From Macrostomum lignano (lineage: Eukaryota): a stretch of DNA of 64,000 bases. Positions within the stretch are counted from its first letter, which is position 1, and the number at the start of each line of letters is the position of its first letter. Location: NCBI GenBank assembly GCA_002269645.1, contig NIVC01000019.1, positions 1,240,001 to 1,304,000 on the forward strand, read 5' to 3'. Below are positions 53,015 through 64,000 of the stretch, in pieces. The notes under the pieces were generated by a model. It did not search any database. It was given only the letters and a program-made list of their open reading frames with translations, and was not told where the DNA came from. The position numbers were made by a program, and so were the translations under genes.

Positions 53015-54384
53015 GTTGCTGCTTGCTTTGCTTTGCTTTGCTTGCAGGCTAACACCTCGCGTGACGCAAGGTCGCGCGAGCCAGTGTGACCATACCAGCC
53101 GGATCCGATCCCAGGACCGACAGCGGGGGCCGTGGAGTGTCGAAAATTTGCATCCGCCTGGTGTAGAGGGCCGGGCATTCGCAGAGCCAGTGAACAACGG
53201 TTGTCGTCCGCCTCAGCGCACCGGACGCAGGTGGCGGAAACGGCAGGGTTCAGGACAGCATGGTATGCCCTGAGCGCCGTGGCGTGGCCGGTGGGGAGCT
53301 GGGCGAGCAGTTTTTGGTCTGCAAGCGAGGTGATAGCCTCACGGTCACGGGCTGCTGAGACAAAACGGTAGGCCTCCCGGATGCGCTCATGGGCTGCCGG
53401 TGGGTCACTGAGAACTCTCCGGCAGACAGCGGCGGCGGCGCTGAATGAGACGGGTGCAGCAGGGGAAGGCAGGGCACAGCCATCTTTGGCCAAGCGGTCG
53501 GCGTGCTCGTTGCCAGGGATGCCGCCGGACACCCATTGGATGAGAATGAACGCGTTCGTCAGGGCCAGCGCCTGCGGTGCGTGGCCGATGCCGCGGTTGT
53601 TGGCGGTGAGCGCATCGATCAGACTGCGGCTATCCGAGCAAATGACGGTGTAAGTGCACCGTGGGTGTAAGCGCTGGCTCCGGCTTGCACCCATTCCAGG
53701 GCGGCGGACAGGGGGGCGACCTCCTCGTCGAAGCTTGACGTAATGGGCGAGCCGCGGCGGGCTTCGGCATGGATGACGGTCGGGGCTGCCGGATCGCCCT
53801 CTGTAACCACAAAGACGTGGCCACCGGCAAGCGTGCCCCCGGTAGCGGAGTGTCCAGGTCGGTGAGGAAAGCGAAGCAGCGAGCTCCCGGATGCGGTCGA
53901 TGGCAGCACTGCGGAAGAGGTCGGATTCGGCAGGCGTGGCAGACGTCGGAAGGATGCGGCAAAAACTGCGGAGGCGCAGTGGAGGCTGAAAGGGAGTAGG
54001 AGCGTTCGGCGGGAAAAAAGGCTGGTGATTGTCGAGACTGGGCGGCTGGACTTCGCTGAGCTGTGAGGCCGCGAACCGCCAGCTGGGACGCACGAGACGG
54101 TGGATGGTGGTCCTCGAGGCAGCGCGACGCCGCGGGTGGTCAGCGGTCAGCCGGAGCGCCTTCTCCCACGACCGTGCGAGAAGCAAGGACGACTAAAGTA
54201 ACGAAGTCCTTGGCGAGAAGGCGCCTGGCGTGCATGCTGTAGCTGGTGACTCCGGCCTCGAGCCGGAGCGCCTCAACAGGCGAGGTCTGCAGTTGGCCAG
54301 TGATACGGCGAAGGGCGCGATTCTGGGTCCGTGCAAGCTCATCAGGGCGCGATTCGCTGATCCACGGCTGCCAGGCCGGCGCGG
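53015..54384 (-). mobile_element. 3' half of the Ingi-like LINE (post-RT region, RNase H, zinc finger, short-repeat tail), inverted
   Basis: APAWQPWISESRPDELARTQNRALRRITG..., ICSDSRSLI...QWV...GIPGNEHADRLAK, LAQL.TGH...CVRC; (GCAAA)n tail. Confidence 0.9.
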
Positions 54385-54399
54385 GCTAGGGGTCAGTGA

Positions 54400-56092
54400 A
54401 TGAGATTGGAGGTGCTCTCCTCTCTCTCTCTCCCTCTCTCTAGCCATAGTCCGGACACCGCGGCGAGTCAGCAATGCCGATGCGGTGGCGGCTCGCGGCA
54501 CAAGCGGGGCTGCAGCCTGCTGGGATGGCAAACCGCCGTTGTCTCCGCTCGGCTGATGCGGTTGGGTTGAGGCCATGGCGAGCTGCGGCCCCAGAAGTCC
54601 AGGTCGAGACGTCATCTGACTCTGCGGATGAGCGCCTTGGCTGTACAGGGTGAGATGGCCTGTTCCTCTTGAGCGGAGGTTCACGGCGGCGCGGTTGGCA
54701 GCAGCGTCCGCTCTTTCGTTGCCTTCCACTTCGACGTGGGCCGGCACCCAGGCGAGGCGGATGCGGCGCTGCATCGCGCAAAGGTGGGACCAGCACTCTG
54801 CGTCCCGAGTGTCGCTCTGGTCGCATGGGCCGCGCATGAGGGTTAAGAGTGCCGCTTGGCTGTCAGTGAAGATGTCGGTGCTAGTCCCATGATCCGTGGC
54901 CAGATGCCGGGTGCTTTCAAGGCCGATGGCGATTGCAGTCAACTCCGCTGCAGTGCTACTGCAGATTGCTCCAGCGGTGCGAAACTGACCCCAGAGCCTA
55001 GTCGTGATGACCGCAGCTCCGCGTCCATTTCTGTGGCAGCCCGACTCACGGTCATTCTGCTCTCTTTGAGCGCTAACCGGCGGGATATAGACCGAGGCAA
55101 CGAGCAAGTCCGGCTGCTTGAGAGGGCGAATCCTGCATGCAGCGATGTCCATTTCGTTTCTGGGTGGGCCGCAGTCGAGCTTGGATCAACAGAGGTCCTC
55201 GCAGACCAGGACAATGGCCCCTCCTCGCCCCGTCGTGTTTTTAGTGTTTTGCGGAGCTGGAGAGGGCCGAAGGCTGGGGCTGGTGTTGCGAGGGGGTTGC
55301 GCTGATGCGGCACCGCGTCGTAGGCATTTTAGACGGGAGATACAACCGCTGCAGTAGTTCGTGCGGTCGTTTGGGGCCGCAGCCCGGTCAGTCGACGGCA
55401 CCGTCGTGGCCGCGGTTTGGGTAGCAGAGCTGCCTCCAGACGGGGTTGCCTCCTGTGCGCCTTTGAGGTGACGGTTGGTGCACGCGGTTCTCCGAGACTT
55501 GCATCCGTTACACCACGTGTTCCGATCGTCAGGCTGGCGGGTCCTGCATCGTGCTTGGGGGGGGGGGGGAGGGGGGTCCGAGGCCCTGGCGCGCAGATTC
55601 ACCCGTCCTTTGTGCGTCCCTGGGGGAGACTGTTCGAGACGTTATCATAAGGGACGCCATCGCAACGGGCGGCCACAACGTAGCCCGCAGGTGCACAGAA
55701 ATCGTTTTTAGGTCGGAGTTTCGTTTCTTAGAGGAGTACGGCGGCTGGGCGTTCAACCTCCAACCGGTTTGCCAGCTCCGTAGTACGGCTGCGCAAGCAG
55801 TTGCAGTTGAACTGCTTGATCAGGAGCTCTTAGCTAGGTTGGTGGGTTGTGTCGCGTTTCCGACAGTTTCGTCGCCGTCGTGACATCTGTTAGGCTCACT
55901 GCCTCCGCGGAGCCGCAGAACTCTTAACAGGTTGTCTGCGGTGGCGGTTGGCTCGTCTTCTCCGGGTGGTCGGTGGTGGTGTGAGCCATTAGTCATTTCC
56001 AGACTTGGGTCTGGGTCCAGGGGCCCCCGGAGCTGCTGGAGGTTGTCCATGTCTCCTTTAGCTCCTTCTTGGGGGTGCTCACACAAGTCCCC
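54400..56092 (-). mobile_element. Second APE-type non-LTR element, internally deleted (no RT), decayed
   Basis: Leader ending LRLRGG; EN N-terminus QFNCNCLRSR..EL...VLL*ETKLRP; GRGGAIVLV...LLVASVYIPP; then directly RNase H (AELTAI...IFTDSQAAL...WVPAHVEVEGNERAD); HRIGIADSPRCP; (GA)n end. Confidence 0.85.
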
Positions 56093-56323
56093 GTTTCTGC
56101 TGCTGCTGCTGCTGCGGCTTGCTGTCCACCGCGGCGGCGCAGAGTCCAGAGAAAAAGCAAGGACTACTCAAGTTGTCCTTGAGACAAAGCCGCCCAGGTT
56201 CAACAAGTCGAGGCCCTTTATCGTTCGATAACTCCGCTTCACAAACAACACAGCTTCCAAGTGTGCATGAGAACTCAATGAGAAAACCTTAATGTTGAGC
56301 ACCGGACTCACCGGCTCAACCAA
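56093..56323 (-). pseudogene. Collapsed fragment of the TIR gene (exon 1 end joined to exon 3 sequence)
   Basis: Nucleotide matches to 44780-44850 (TTGGTTGAGCCGGTG...CTCAACATTAAGGT) and to 43085-43195 (GCGGAGTTATCGA...AACCTGGGCGGCTTTGTCTC...AAGCCGCAGCAGCAG). Confidence 0.8.
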
Positions 56324-56419
56324 TACCTGGTTTAAATAAAAAATTTGCTGAAAAAGTAAAAAATAAGAAATACTTTTTTTATGATTTTGTTGCAACGTAA
56401 GAAATTGAGTTTCTATCTT

Positions 56420-56695
56420 AGTGATTACAGCGTCGGAATCACGACTGAAAGGTTCGGAGTTTGATTCTGGAAACACTCGAAGCAATTTGTATCTCTTAAC
56501 TCTGCATTGTTTCAGTTCACCCAGCTGCAAAATGGGTGCCAGCATTAGCTGGGGTAATTGAGGGTGTGTGTGGCGACCCCACAGTGCTTGGACTGAACAG
56601 CCGTACGCAGCCTTCAGATACGCCGCGCAATAGCTGCGGCTGAGCTGTCGGTTGCACATCTGCCCATTAGGGCAGGTGTGATCATTAATAATTAT
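56420..56695 (+). mobile_element. SINE copy with decayed head
   Basis: Central and 3' parts are near-identical to 5520-5700. Confidence 0.85.
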
Positions 56696-57495
56696 CAAAA
56701 CAAAGAGCACCAAGGCTTGAAGAGCATTTACTTTCAGCGTTTGCAAAGCTGCTCAACCAGATGCTGTAATTCACAGTTTTCTTGGCCCCTGCACCAGCTC
56801 CTGATCGGAGTTGAGCAATTTCCCCCATCAGGACTTCTCCTAGACATCCTCTGACCAGTTCAAGTGACTTCTGTCGTCGTCAACTCTGACAGGCCAAATC
56901 ATTCGCCGTACTGCACATGCACAAACCGGTGCAGAAGGTGCTGAAAACAACTTGAGGACACACAGACGCGCACTCTTGTCGCAAGAACGTCCACTGCCTA
57001 CTCGCTGACACCCGCGGCGCCCCAGGGGTTCAGTCAGCCTGCAGTTAAGTTCGTAACGTTTGAAAGCCTTCCGGGAGAATGCATTTTCTTTTTATTGTTG
57101 TTTTTAAATCCTCTTGCCAAACAGTTTGTGGCGTAGGGAGCAGATTGGTGCATTCAGTCGTGCCACTGCTTACTTGAATTGAAAGAAAAAGTCAATGCAA
57201 ATATGCATTATTGTCCCTTTCCTCGCATTCTTATTTTATTTACTATTACGATACTCGTACATGTACATGTACCAAGGCAGTTTACTGTAAAACCTTGACT
57301 GAGTAATTCTGTTTAACAGAATTTCAGCTAATGCGTAACGGAGTCGTAAGCAAAAGCAAAGATCTGCTTTTTCAGGCCGTTGAAAGAAATGTTCGCATGC
57401 TAAATTGTAACAAAGATCTCTAAAGTCTGCTTACAAAAAGCTAATTATAGTGGTTAGCACCGAGTTTGTCTTCATGAAAGTAGGAAGGAAGTACT

Positions 57496-57988
57496 TCACG
57501 GATACTTGGGCCCAGTGGTGTAGGCGCTCCATCGCTCCGCCTTCTCGTCGCCGCACTTCTCCTTCTCGTCGCCGGGACACGGTACGCTGCACTCGTTGTC
57601 GTCCTTCTTCTCGCTATTCTCCAGGAACGACTCGCAGAAGCACTTGTTTCCGATGAGGCCCATGTACTTGCTGCCAGTGGGATAGCAGTGATCGTTGCAG
57701 AGTGCTATGCGAATGTTCGGGTACTCCATGGCAGTGTGGTGCGCCTTGCCAGGAAAGCAGCCCTTGTACTCTACTTTTATTTCGACTTTATCTGGGCCGG
57801 CGAAGAATGTTTTAATCTCTGAAAAATGAGTTGGATGGGAACGGCTTAGGTGCAAATCAATACAGAAAAAAAGTAAGATAGATCAGGTTAGATAAATATC
57901 CCGGTTGCTCACTTTTTGGACACCCTTCGACGGAGCAGATCATCGCACTGCAGAAGCAAATCAACATGACTGACGAAACAAACTTCAT
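57496..57988 (-). CDS. Secreted single-WSC-domain protein, copy B (near-identical to A)
   Basis: Exons 57988-57913 and 57818-57496; same translated protein as copy A. Confidence 0.88.
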
Positions 57989-58305
57989 CTCCGGTGTGCG
58001 TTGAATTCAAAGCTTTGTCTCAGCTCGTATTATTAGACAAGAACGGCTTAAGCGGCGGCTATCTACGCAAGACTTTAAACAATCCCAACCGATTTTCAGC
58101 TCAGCTACGCGGGCCTGTTCGCATTATCATAGACATAGCCTCAGGCGCTGTGCCCTCTAGGACACTCTATGTCTGCAGCCTTGCTCGCTCGCCCCTGCCA
58201 AAACAAACTTTGCAAAATTCAGGCAAATCAGTATTTCTAGAACTCTAAAAAGGCATCAAATTTGGCAGCGCAAATAAGTACTTTCAGAATCACGGATCGA
58301 CAAGG

Positions 58306-58798
58306 ATGCAATTTACCGCGTCAGCTCTTCTGATCTGCCTAGGTGCGATGTTCATATCTGTCGAAGGATGTCCTAAAAGTGAGTAATTATGAGTTCTGTA
58401 ATTCACCGCAAAACATATTCAATAGTTCCGCCAATATTCGAGATAAGAATCGACCTGGTCTTGACTTCCTTTCAGAGATAAAAACATTCTTCACTGGTGC
58501 GCCAAAGAATAAAATGATTGTTGAGTACCAAGGCTGCTATCCGGGCGAAGCGCACCACACTGCCATGGAGTACCAGAACATCCGTCTGTCCCTCTGCAAC
58601 GATCACTGCTATCCCACTGGCAGCAAGTACATGGGCCTCATCGGAAACAAGTGCTTCTGTGAGTCGTTCCTGGAGACCAGCGAGAAGAGGGACGACAGCG
58701 AGTGTAACGAGCCCTGCCCAGGCGAGAAGAAGGAGAAGTGCGGCAATGCGAAGGCGCAGAGATGGAGCGCCTACACCACCGCACCCAAGTACCCCTAG
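58306..58798 (+). CDS. Secreted single-WSC-domain protein, diverged paralogue C (131 aa)
   Basis: Exon 1 (58306-58378) reads MQFTASALLICLGAMFISVEGCPK. Exon 2 is 58476-58798, with the same intron phase and the same 8 Cys. Confidence 0.88.
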
Positions 58799-60880
58799 AG
58801 TGCTCGAGCACCATAAAAATAAGGAAGAGTTCACCTTCCTTCAGATAGAAGACTCTTGAAGACTTCGGTAGAAATTTAGTTTGTTTATTTTTAGCATAAG
58901 TAGTGATATGTCACGCCTAAACTTCAATGTCTTGCATAAGTAATTTTAGTCGATAAAATACCAGGAAAGGAATTTTTTCTTTAAACTCGTTTGAACTTTT
59001 GACACGGTAACTTTGTTTCTGCAAAACAAAATTCTTGCTTTTGTATCGCAGATATAACAAGCGAACAAGGAAATAAGTGGCTCTTTTTATTTTCACTTTG
59101 AAGAAAGAGATGGGGAAATAAGCCTCCACATACATGTAGCATCCGCATCCTTTTTTCCGTCCCATTGCCTGGACTTCGTGGATGGTAGATAGACAGATAC
59201 ATTGTAGAAGCTGCGTCGCCGCAGGCCTCTGGTTACAGACGAGTTGCCCTAACTGAAGGAATTCAAAGGTAGCATTCGGGCCTGGGGCAAAGCTCTATAC
59301 GGACCTGCTGCTAAAGTACTATTGCCAGTCTCCGGACAGCTGAAGTTCGACCCACATTCTTAGTGTGTCACAGTGCGAAAACGCTTATGCTGCTGATCCT
59401 CCAGGTGCAAGCCGTCACTGCTGGCTTGATGAAGCGGAACTGCATAGTATCGCTTCCAGTAGGATCGATGACGCTCTGCCGGAGCGATGCTGGTATTGTC
59501 GATGTCACAAACAGTACGGCTCCCGTAATGGACTCTGGTCTGGACTCAAATTTTAAATGGAGTCCCGGAAGCGAAAAGCTCAATGTCCGTAGACAGCATC
59601 GACACAAACCGCGGGAGTTGGGAGCAAAAAAATAGGCTCTTCATTGGTAGAAACCGGGAGCAAAATCCTTAGCTTAAATCACAGGCTTAAATAAAGTCCA
59701 AATTATAAGGTCGGTCACACGATACATGTGTATATGCTCTCCAAGGTCGTTTGCCATGGCTCACTCTCTCTTGAATGTAGCTGTTTCTAAGAACAGGACT
59801 ACATGCATATGTATGGGTCACCATGTGAAAAGTATAGAAATTCGGAATGTTACACGATATCTACACATGTACAATTGTACATGATCGAGATACGCTCGCG
59901 TATACCCCTAAGCCCTAAATTAAGTGCCCTAAACATACATGTAAATAACGGTTAGAGGTGTTGAGATGGACTCTGCGCGCTCATTAACTAGTCAAACTAT
60001 AAAAAGTAATTTTTCAACTAAAATTTGACTATGGACACGTCGCGAAACTAATCTTAATTGACAAACCGTCCATTTAATGAAATTAGACGAATGACTGGCA
60101 CCCCGGCGTGCATGAAACGTGCATTTAGTTTAAACGAATTTTACATTTTTATTACCTTTGAACCTTAGAGAGGTAAACTAAAGTTCATACTCTTACCCTG
60201 GTTTCGTGTTTCTATGTGGTTATTTTAGACAGAGAATATTTCGAATATAATTTAAATTATACATTTTCAGTGAATCAACTCCGCAACTATCACGATCACG
60301 ATATCTAATAATATACTATACGAGGACTTGTAGTTCTAGAGTCTATATTTGAAGTCTTTACGTTAATATTTATTGCTAAAGACATCGTTTTGTTTTTAAA
60401 AAATATTTAATAAAATAGATCTTGAAATTGAATTGGCCAAACAGGCTGTTTTATCTGAGCCAAATACTAAGTTACTCCATAAATATCCTTCACCTGGCTG
60501 CACCTACTACCCACTACCACTACACTTGCCGGTTCACTACGACTATAGTTTACTTTTAAAGATACAAAACTCACTAGTAAAGTTACACAGATTAAAGTAT
60601 TAGAAATTTATGTTATAAACAAAGTTAGGCTTAAAAATAAGTAATAAATCGCTTAACACTTAACAGTTAACACTTATATTGCATTTAATTTATACTTCAA
60701 GAAACAAGACTTGAGGGAGTGAAGTGCAATTTTTTGTAATTTTATACTTTTAATTCGACATTTGACAATTTGACATCTCAGACTTATTGAAACCATCCTT
60801 TTATTTAGTATGATTTCTTTGTCATAGTCAAACTTTTTAATTTTATTTATACTAGCATTTAATTTTAGCAAATAAGTCTA

Positions 60881-63131
60881 ATGGAGCTTGAAAACATTGT
60901 TGCTAACACAATATACATCAAAGCAAAAGAAAGTGAGTCTTAAATTTATTTTGCCTATATATTACAATTGCAATTACAATTATATTATATTATATTATAA
61001 TTAATGATTATAATTTTTCTAATTTATTTGATTCTGATAAATTGTTTTAGTAAATATAATTTTTATGCCTTTTGAAATTCTATATGATATTTAACAAAAA
61101 ATTTAAATAAAAGTTCAAGTTCAAATTTGAGATCTTTTTAAAATAATAATTCTTAAATTTTAATTATTAATTATGTAATACTATTATATAACAATGGCAG
61201 ATCTAGAGTTTTTAAAGTTGGAAGGTGGTTGGGTAGATTGGCTTAACTTTTAAGGTTGGCCCAAAGCCCTGAAAAGCCCAAAATTATAATATTTTCTCTT
61301 TGCAAGTTCAACCATGGCAAAAGAAAGGAGCAGCTACTATAATGAAGGACATTACTATTTATTCAATTAATCCCCCTATGCAAGTGCACAAGCTTAAAGA
61401 TAGGCCTACATATATAGTTATATGCATATATATACTTAAGAATATATAATGACCCTAACTTTAATTATTATTAAAAGCATTGATTGGACAAGTAGACCTA
61501 AACTAAAATTTCTATTTAGCCTTAAATTAATATAAATACATTTGAAATTAAACCTAGACCATTGGTATATAATTGGGCCATGTCAGAACAATAGGCTATG
61601 GTCCACTCCCAGGTAGCCCTAGATAGTAGAAAAGCTAACAAAGGTTCTTACCCATATAGCAAAATTATATATCCAAATCCAATAGAAAGTTGGACATCTC
61701 CAATATGTAACTGTTTTGGTTGCAGGAATGCCCTTGATATGTGTCCAATTTTATGATCCTTTAAAGAAGCTCGTTTTTACAAACATGGTAGGGGGGGGCT
61801 AAACAGTTAATGCTTGTTTTTTATTATTTATTCCACCATTTTTGTAAAAACAAGCTTCTTTAGAGGATTATAGAATTAGATACATATCAAGGACATTCTT
61901 GCAACCAAAAAAGTTATATATCAAGAACATCAAACTTTCTGTTGGATATATAATATTGCTATGCAGGTTAGGCCTAAACATGTTAGCAAGCTCTAGTTAT
62001 GCCAAGGTAGGTTAGCCTATCCTTATTATAAACAAAACATCCATGAATGAAATAAGTTAGATTCTTAACAATAGAGGCAAAGTGGGCATTCTTCACTATT
62101 AATTGATTACACCTGCCCTAATAGGCAGATGTGCAACTGATAGCTCAGCTGCAGCTATTGTGTGTGCAGTTGAAGACTGCATTCAGCTGTTTAGTCCATG
62201 GACTAAGGGGTTGCCACATACCCTCAGTAACCCTAGCTAATGCTAGGGTTACCCATTTTATAGCTGGGTGAACTGAAGCAATGCAGAGTTGTGTCTTCCT
62301 CAAGGACACAAATTGTTCTGAGTGGGTCAAGAATTGAATTCCCACCTTCAAGTTGTGAGTCAAATGCTCCAACCACTAGGCTACAATCCCCTATGTGCTA
62401 GGCTACAACCCCCAGGCTGCAATCCTCCACTAGGCTACAACCCCCACTAGGCTACAACCCCCACTAGGCTACAACCCCCACTAGGCTGCAATCCCCCACT
62501 AGGCTGCAATCCCCCACTAGGCTACAACCCCCACTAGGCTACAACCCCCACTAGGCTACAACCCCTACTAGGCTACAACCCCCACTAGGCTACAACCCCC
62601 CACTAGGCTACAACCCCCCACTATGGATTTCTAGAGTTGCAGTAAAAGCCATTTGCATTTTTCCCATAGGCGGCTGCGACAAAGACAAGGGCCGGAGTAA
62701 AAAATGGCGTAAAATACTGCAGTTTCCTCATATCAACGTCTGCCTGCCGCTTGCGGAAGAAATAGGTAAATTATTACGAAGTTCTGCTTTTTCCTTAGTT
62801 TTGAATTTATTAAAATTGTCACCTACCCATCCCTGTCCGCTGCCGCTGCAGAGAAGACCTTCGATTACATTGTGGAGCAGCAGCCCATTGGGCGAAGACT
62901 GTTCTGGTCATTCTGCTGTACCGCCGAGCCGGTGCTGAAAACCTCTGTAGAATTTCTGGATAAAGTTGTAAGTTTCTTTTGCTGCTTTTCCGCCAAACAG
63001 TTTGCCGATTTTGCAAAGGTGAAATACAGTTAACCTGTAATTTTACTGCTTTACTGCAGGCGGAATTCGAGCTGTCAATTGATGACCAGCGTCTGCCTTT
63101 GGCACAAGAAATTTGCAACTCTTTTCTGCAG
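60881..63131 (+). CDS. G protein-coupled receptor kinase, GRK4/5/6 (Gprk2) subfamily, first 4 exons (RH domain); continues beyond the window
   Basis: Exons 60881-60932 (MELENIVANTIYIKAKE), 62670-62765 (KGRSKKWRKILQFPHI), 62852-62967 (QQPIGRRLF...FLDKV) and 63060-63131 (AEFEL...); phases consistent. Confidence 0.93.
62108..62390 (-). mobile_element. SINE copy, antisense, in GRK intron 1
   Basis: Full-length, diverged reverse complement of the family. Confidence 0.85.
62390..62622. repeat. 17-18 bp tandem array derived from the SINE 5' end
   Basis: CACTAGGCTACAACCCC, ~13 copies; the reverse complement is GGGGTTGTAGCCTAGTG. Confidence 0.92.
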
Positions 63132-63177
63132 GTAAATTCTGCACTGCATTCGTTTTGGGGTTGTTTTCTTGTTTACC

Positions 63178-63985
63178 CTTCATCTCAATCTCACCCTCAC
63201 TCTCGATCTCACCCTTAGTCTTACTCTTGATCTCACCCTTAGTCTCACTCTCAATCTCACCCTTAGTCTCGATCTCACCCTTAGTCTTACTCTTGATCTC
63301 ACCCTTAGTCTCACTCTTGATCTCACCCTTAGTCTCACTCTCGATCTCACCCTCACTCTCGATCTCACCCTTAGTCTTACTCTTAATCTCACCCTTAGTC
63401 TCACTCTTGATCTCACCCTTAGTCTCACTCTCGATCTCACCCTCACTCTCGATCTCACCCTTAGTCTTACTCTTAATCTCACCCTTAGTCTCACTCTTGA
63501 TCTCACCCTTAGTCTCACTCTCGATCTCACCCTCACTCTCGATCTCACCCTTAGTCTTACTCTTGATCTCACCCTTAGGCTTACTCTCGATCTCACCCTT
63601 AGTCTCACTCTCGATCTCACCCTTAGGCTTACTCTTGATCTCACCCTTAGTCTCACTCTCGATCTCACCCTTAGTCTCACTCTCGATCTCACTCTTAGTC
63701 TCACTCTTGATCTCACCCTTAGTCTCACTCTCGACCTTTCCCTAAGTCTCACTCTCGATCTCGCTCTTAGTCTCACTCTTGATCTCACCCTTAGTCTCAC
63801 TCTCGACCTTTCCCTAAGTCTCACTCTCGATCTCACCCTTAGTCTCACTCTCGATGTCACCTTAGTCTCACTTTCGATCTCACCCTCAGTCTCACTCTCA
63901 ATCTCACCCTCAGTCTCACTCTCGATCTCACCCTCAGTCTCACTCTCGATCTCACCCTTAGTCTCACTTTCCACTTTGGCTTCAC
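63178..63985. repeat. 18/24-bp pyrimidine-rich minisatellite in GRK intron 4
   Basis: TCTCACCCTTAGTCTCACTCTCGA and variants. Confidence 0.97.
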
Positions 63986-64000
63986 CTCTTCTCTTCATCA

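Noticed and set aside
59200-59640. Cys-containing exon-like ORFs downstream of WSC copy C
   Set aside because: No recognisable domain, start codon or phase-consistent partner exon.

Overview
This is animal genomic DNA, not prokaryotic. It has GT-AG introns (many filled with minisatellites), GC-rich Gln/Ala-rich exons and AT-rich intergenic DNA. The overall style suggests a free-living flatworm such as Macrostomum, but that is inference only. Host genes I could build with phase-consistent splice sites: a GT32 (DXD) glycosyltransferase, two divergent BIR/UBA-like IAP-type units, MRPS9, Abi, a shugoshin-like gene, a 685-aa helical/ARM-like-TIR-SAM-like gene, three secreted single-WSC-domain genes, and the first four exons of a GRK4/5/6-type kinase. 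There is also a disabled FkbM-like methyltransferase. Mobile DNA: a rearranged BEL/Pao LTR element, a truncated Gypsy element, five copies of one tRNA-headed SINE, MITEs, a Penelope GIY-YIG fragment and two APE-type non-LTR retrotransposons. The most interesting signals lie at 46.8-58.8 kb. (1) An Ingi-like LINE starts with a recognisable HDV-like ribozyme followed by a 2A-like (StopGo) leader. (2) A second LINE carries the ubiquitin C-terminal hexapeptide LRLRGG at the equivalent leader position, behind an atypical HDV-like fold. This may be an alternative, deubiquitinase-dependent way to process the leader (hypothesis). (3) The first LINE is split at a 7-bp duplication and its 3' half is inverted, lying between two inverted WSC genes that appear gene-converted. 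All calls come from reading the sequence by eye; no database searches were run.
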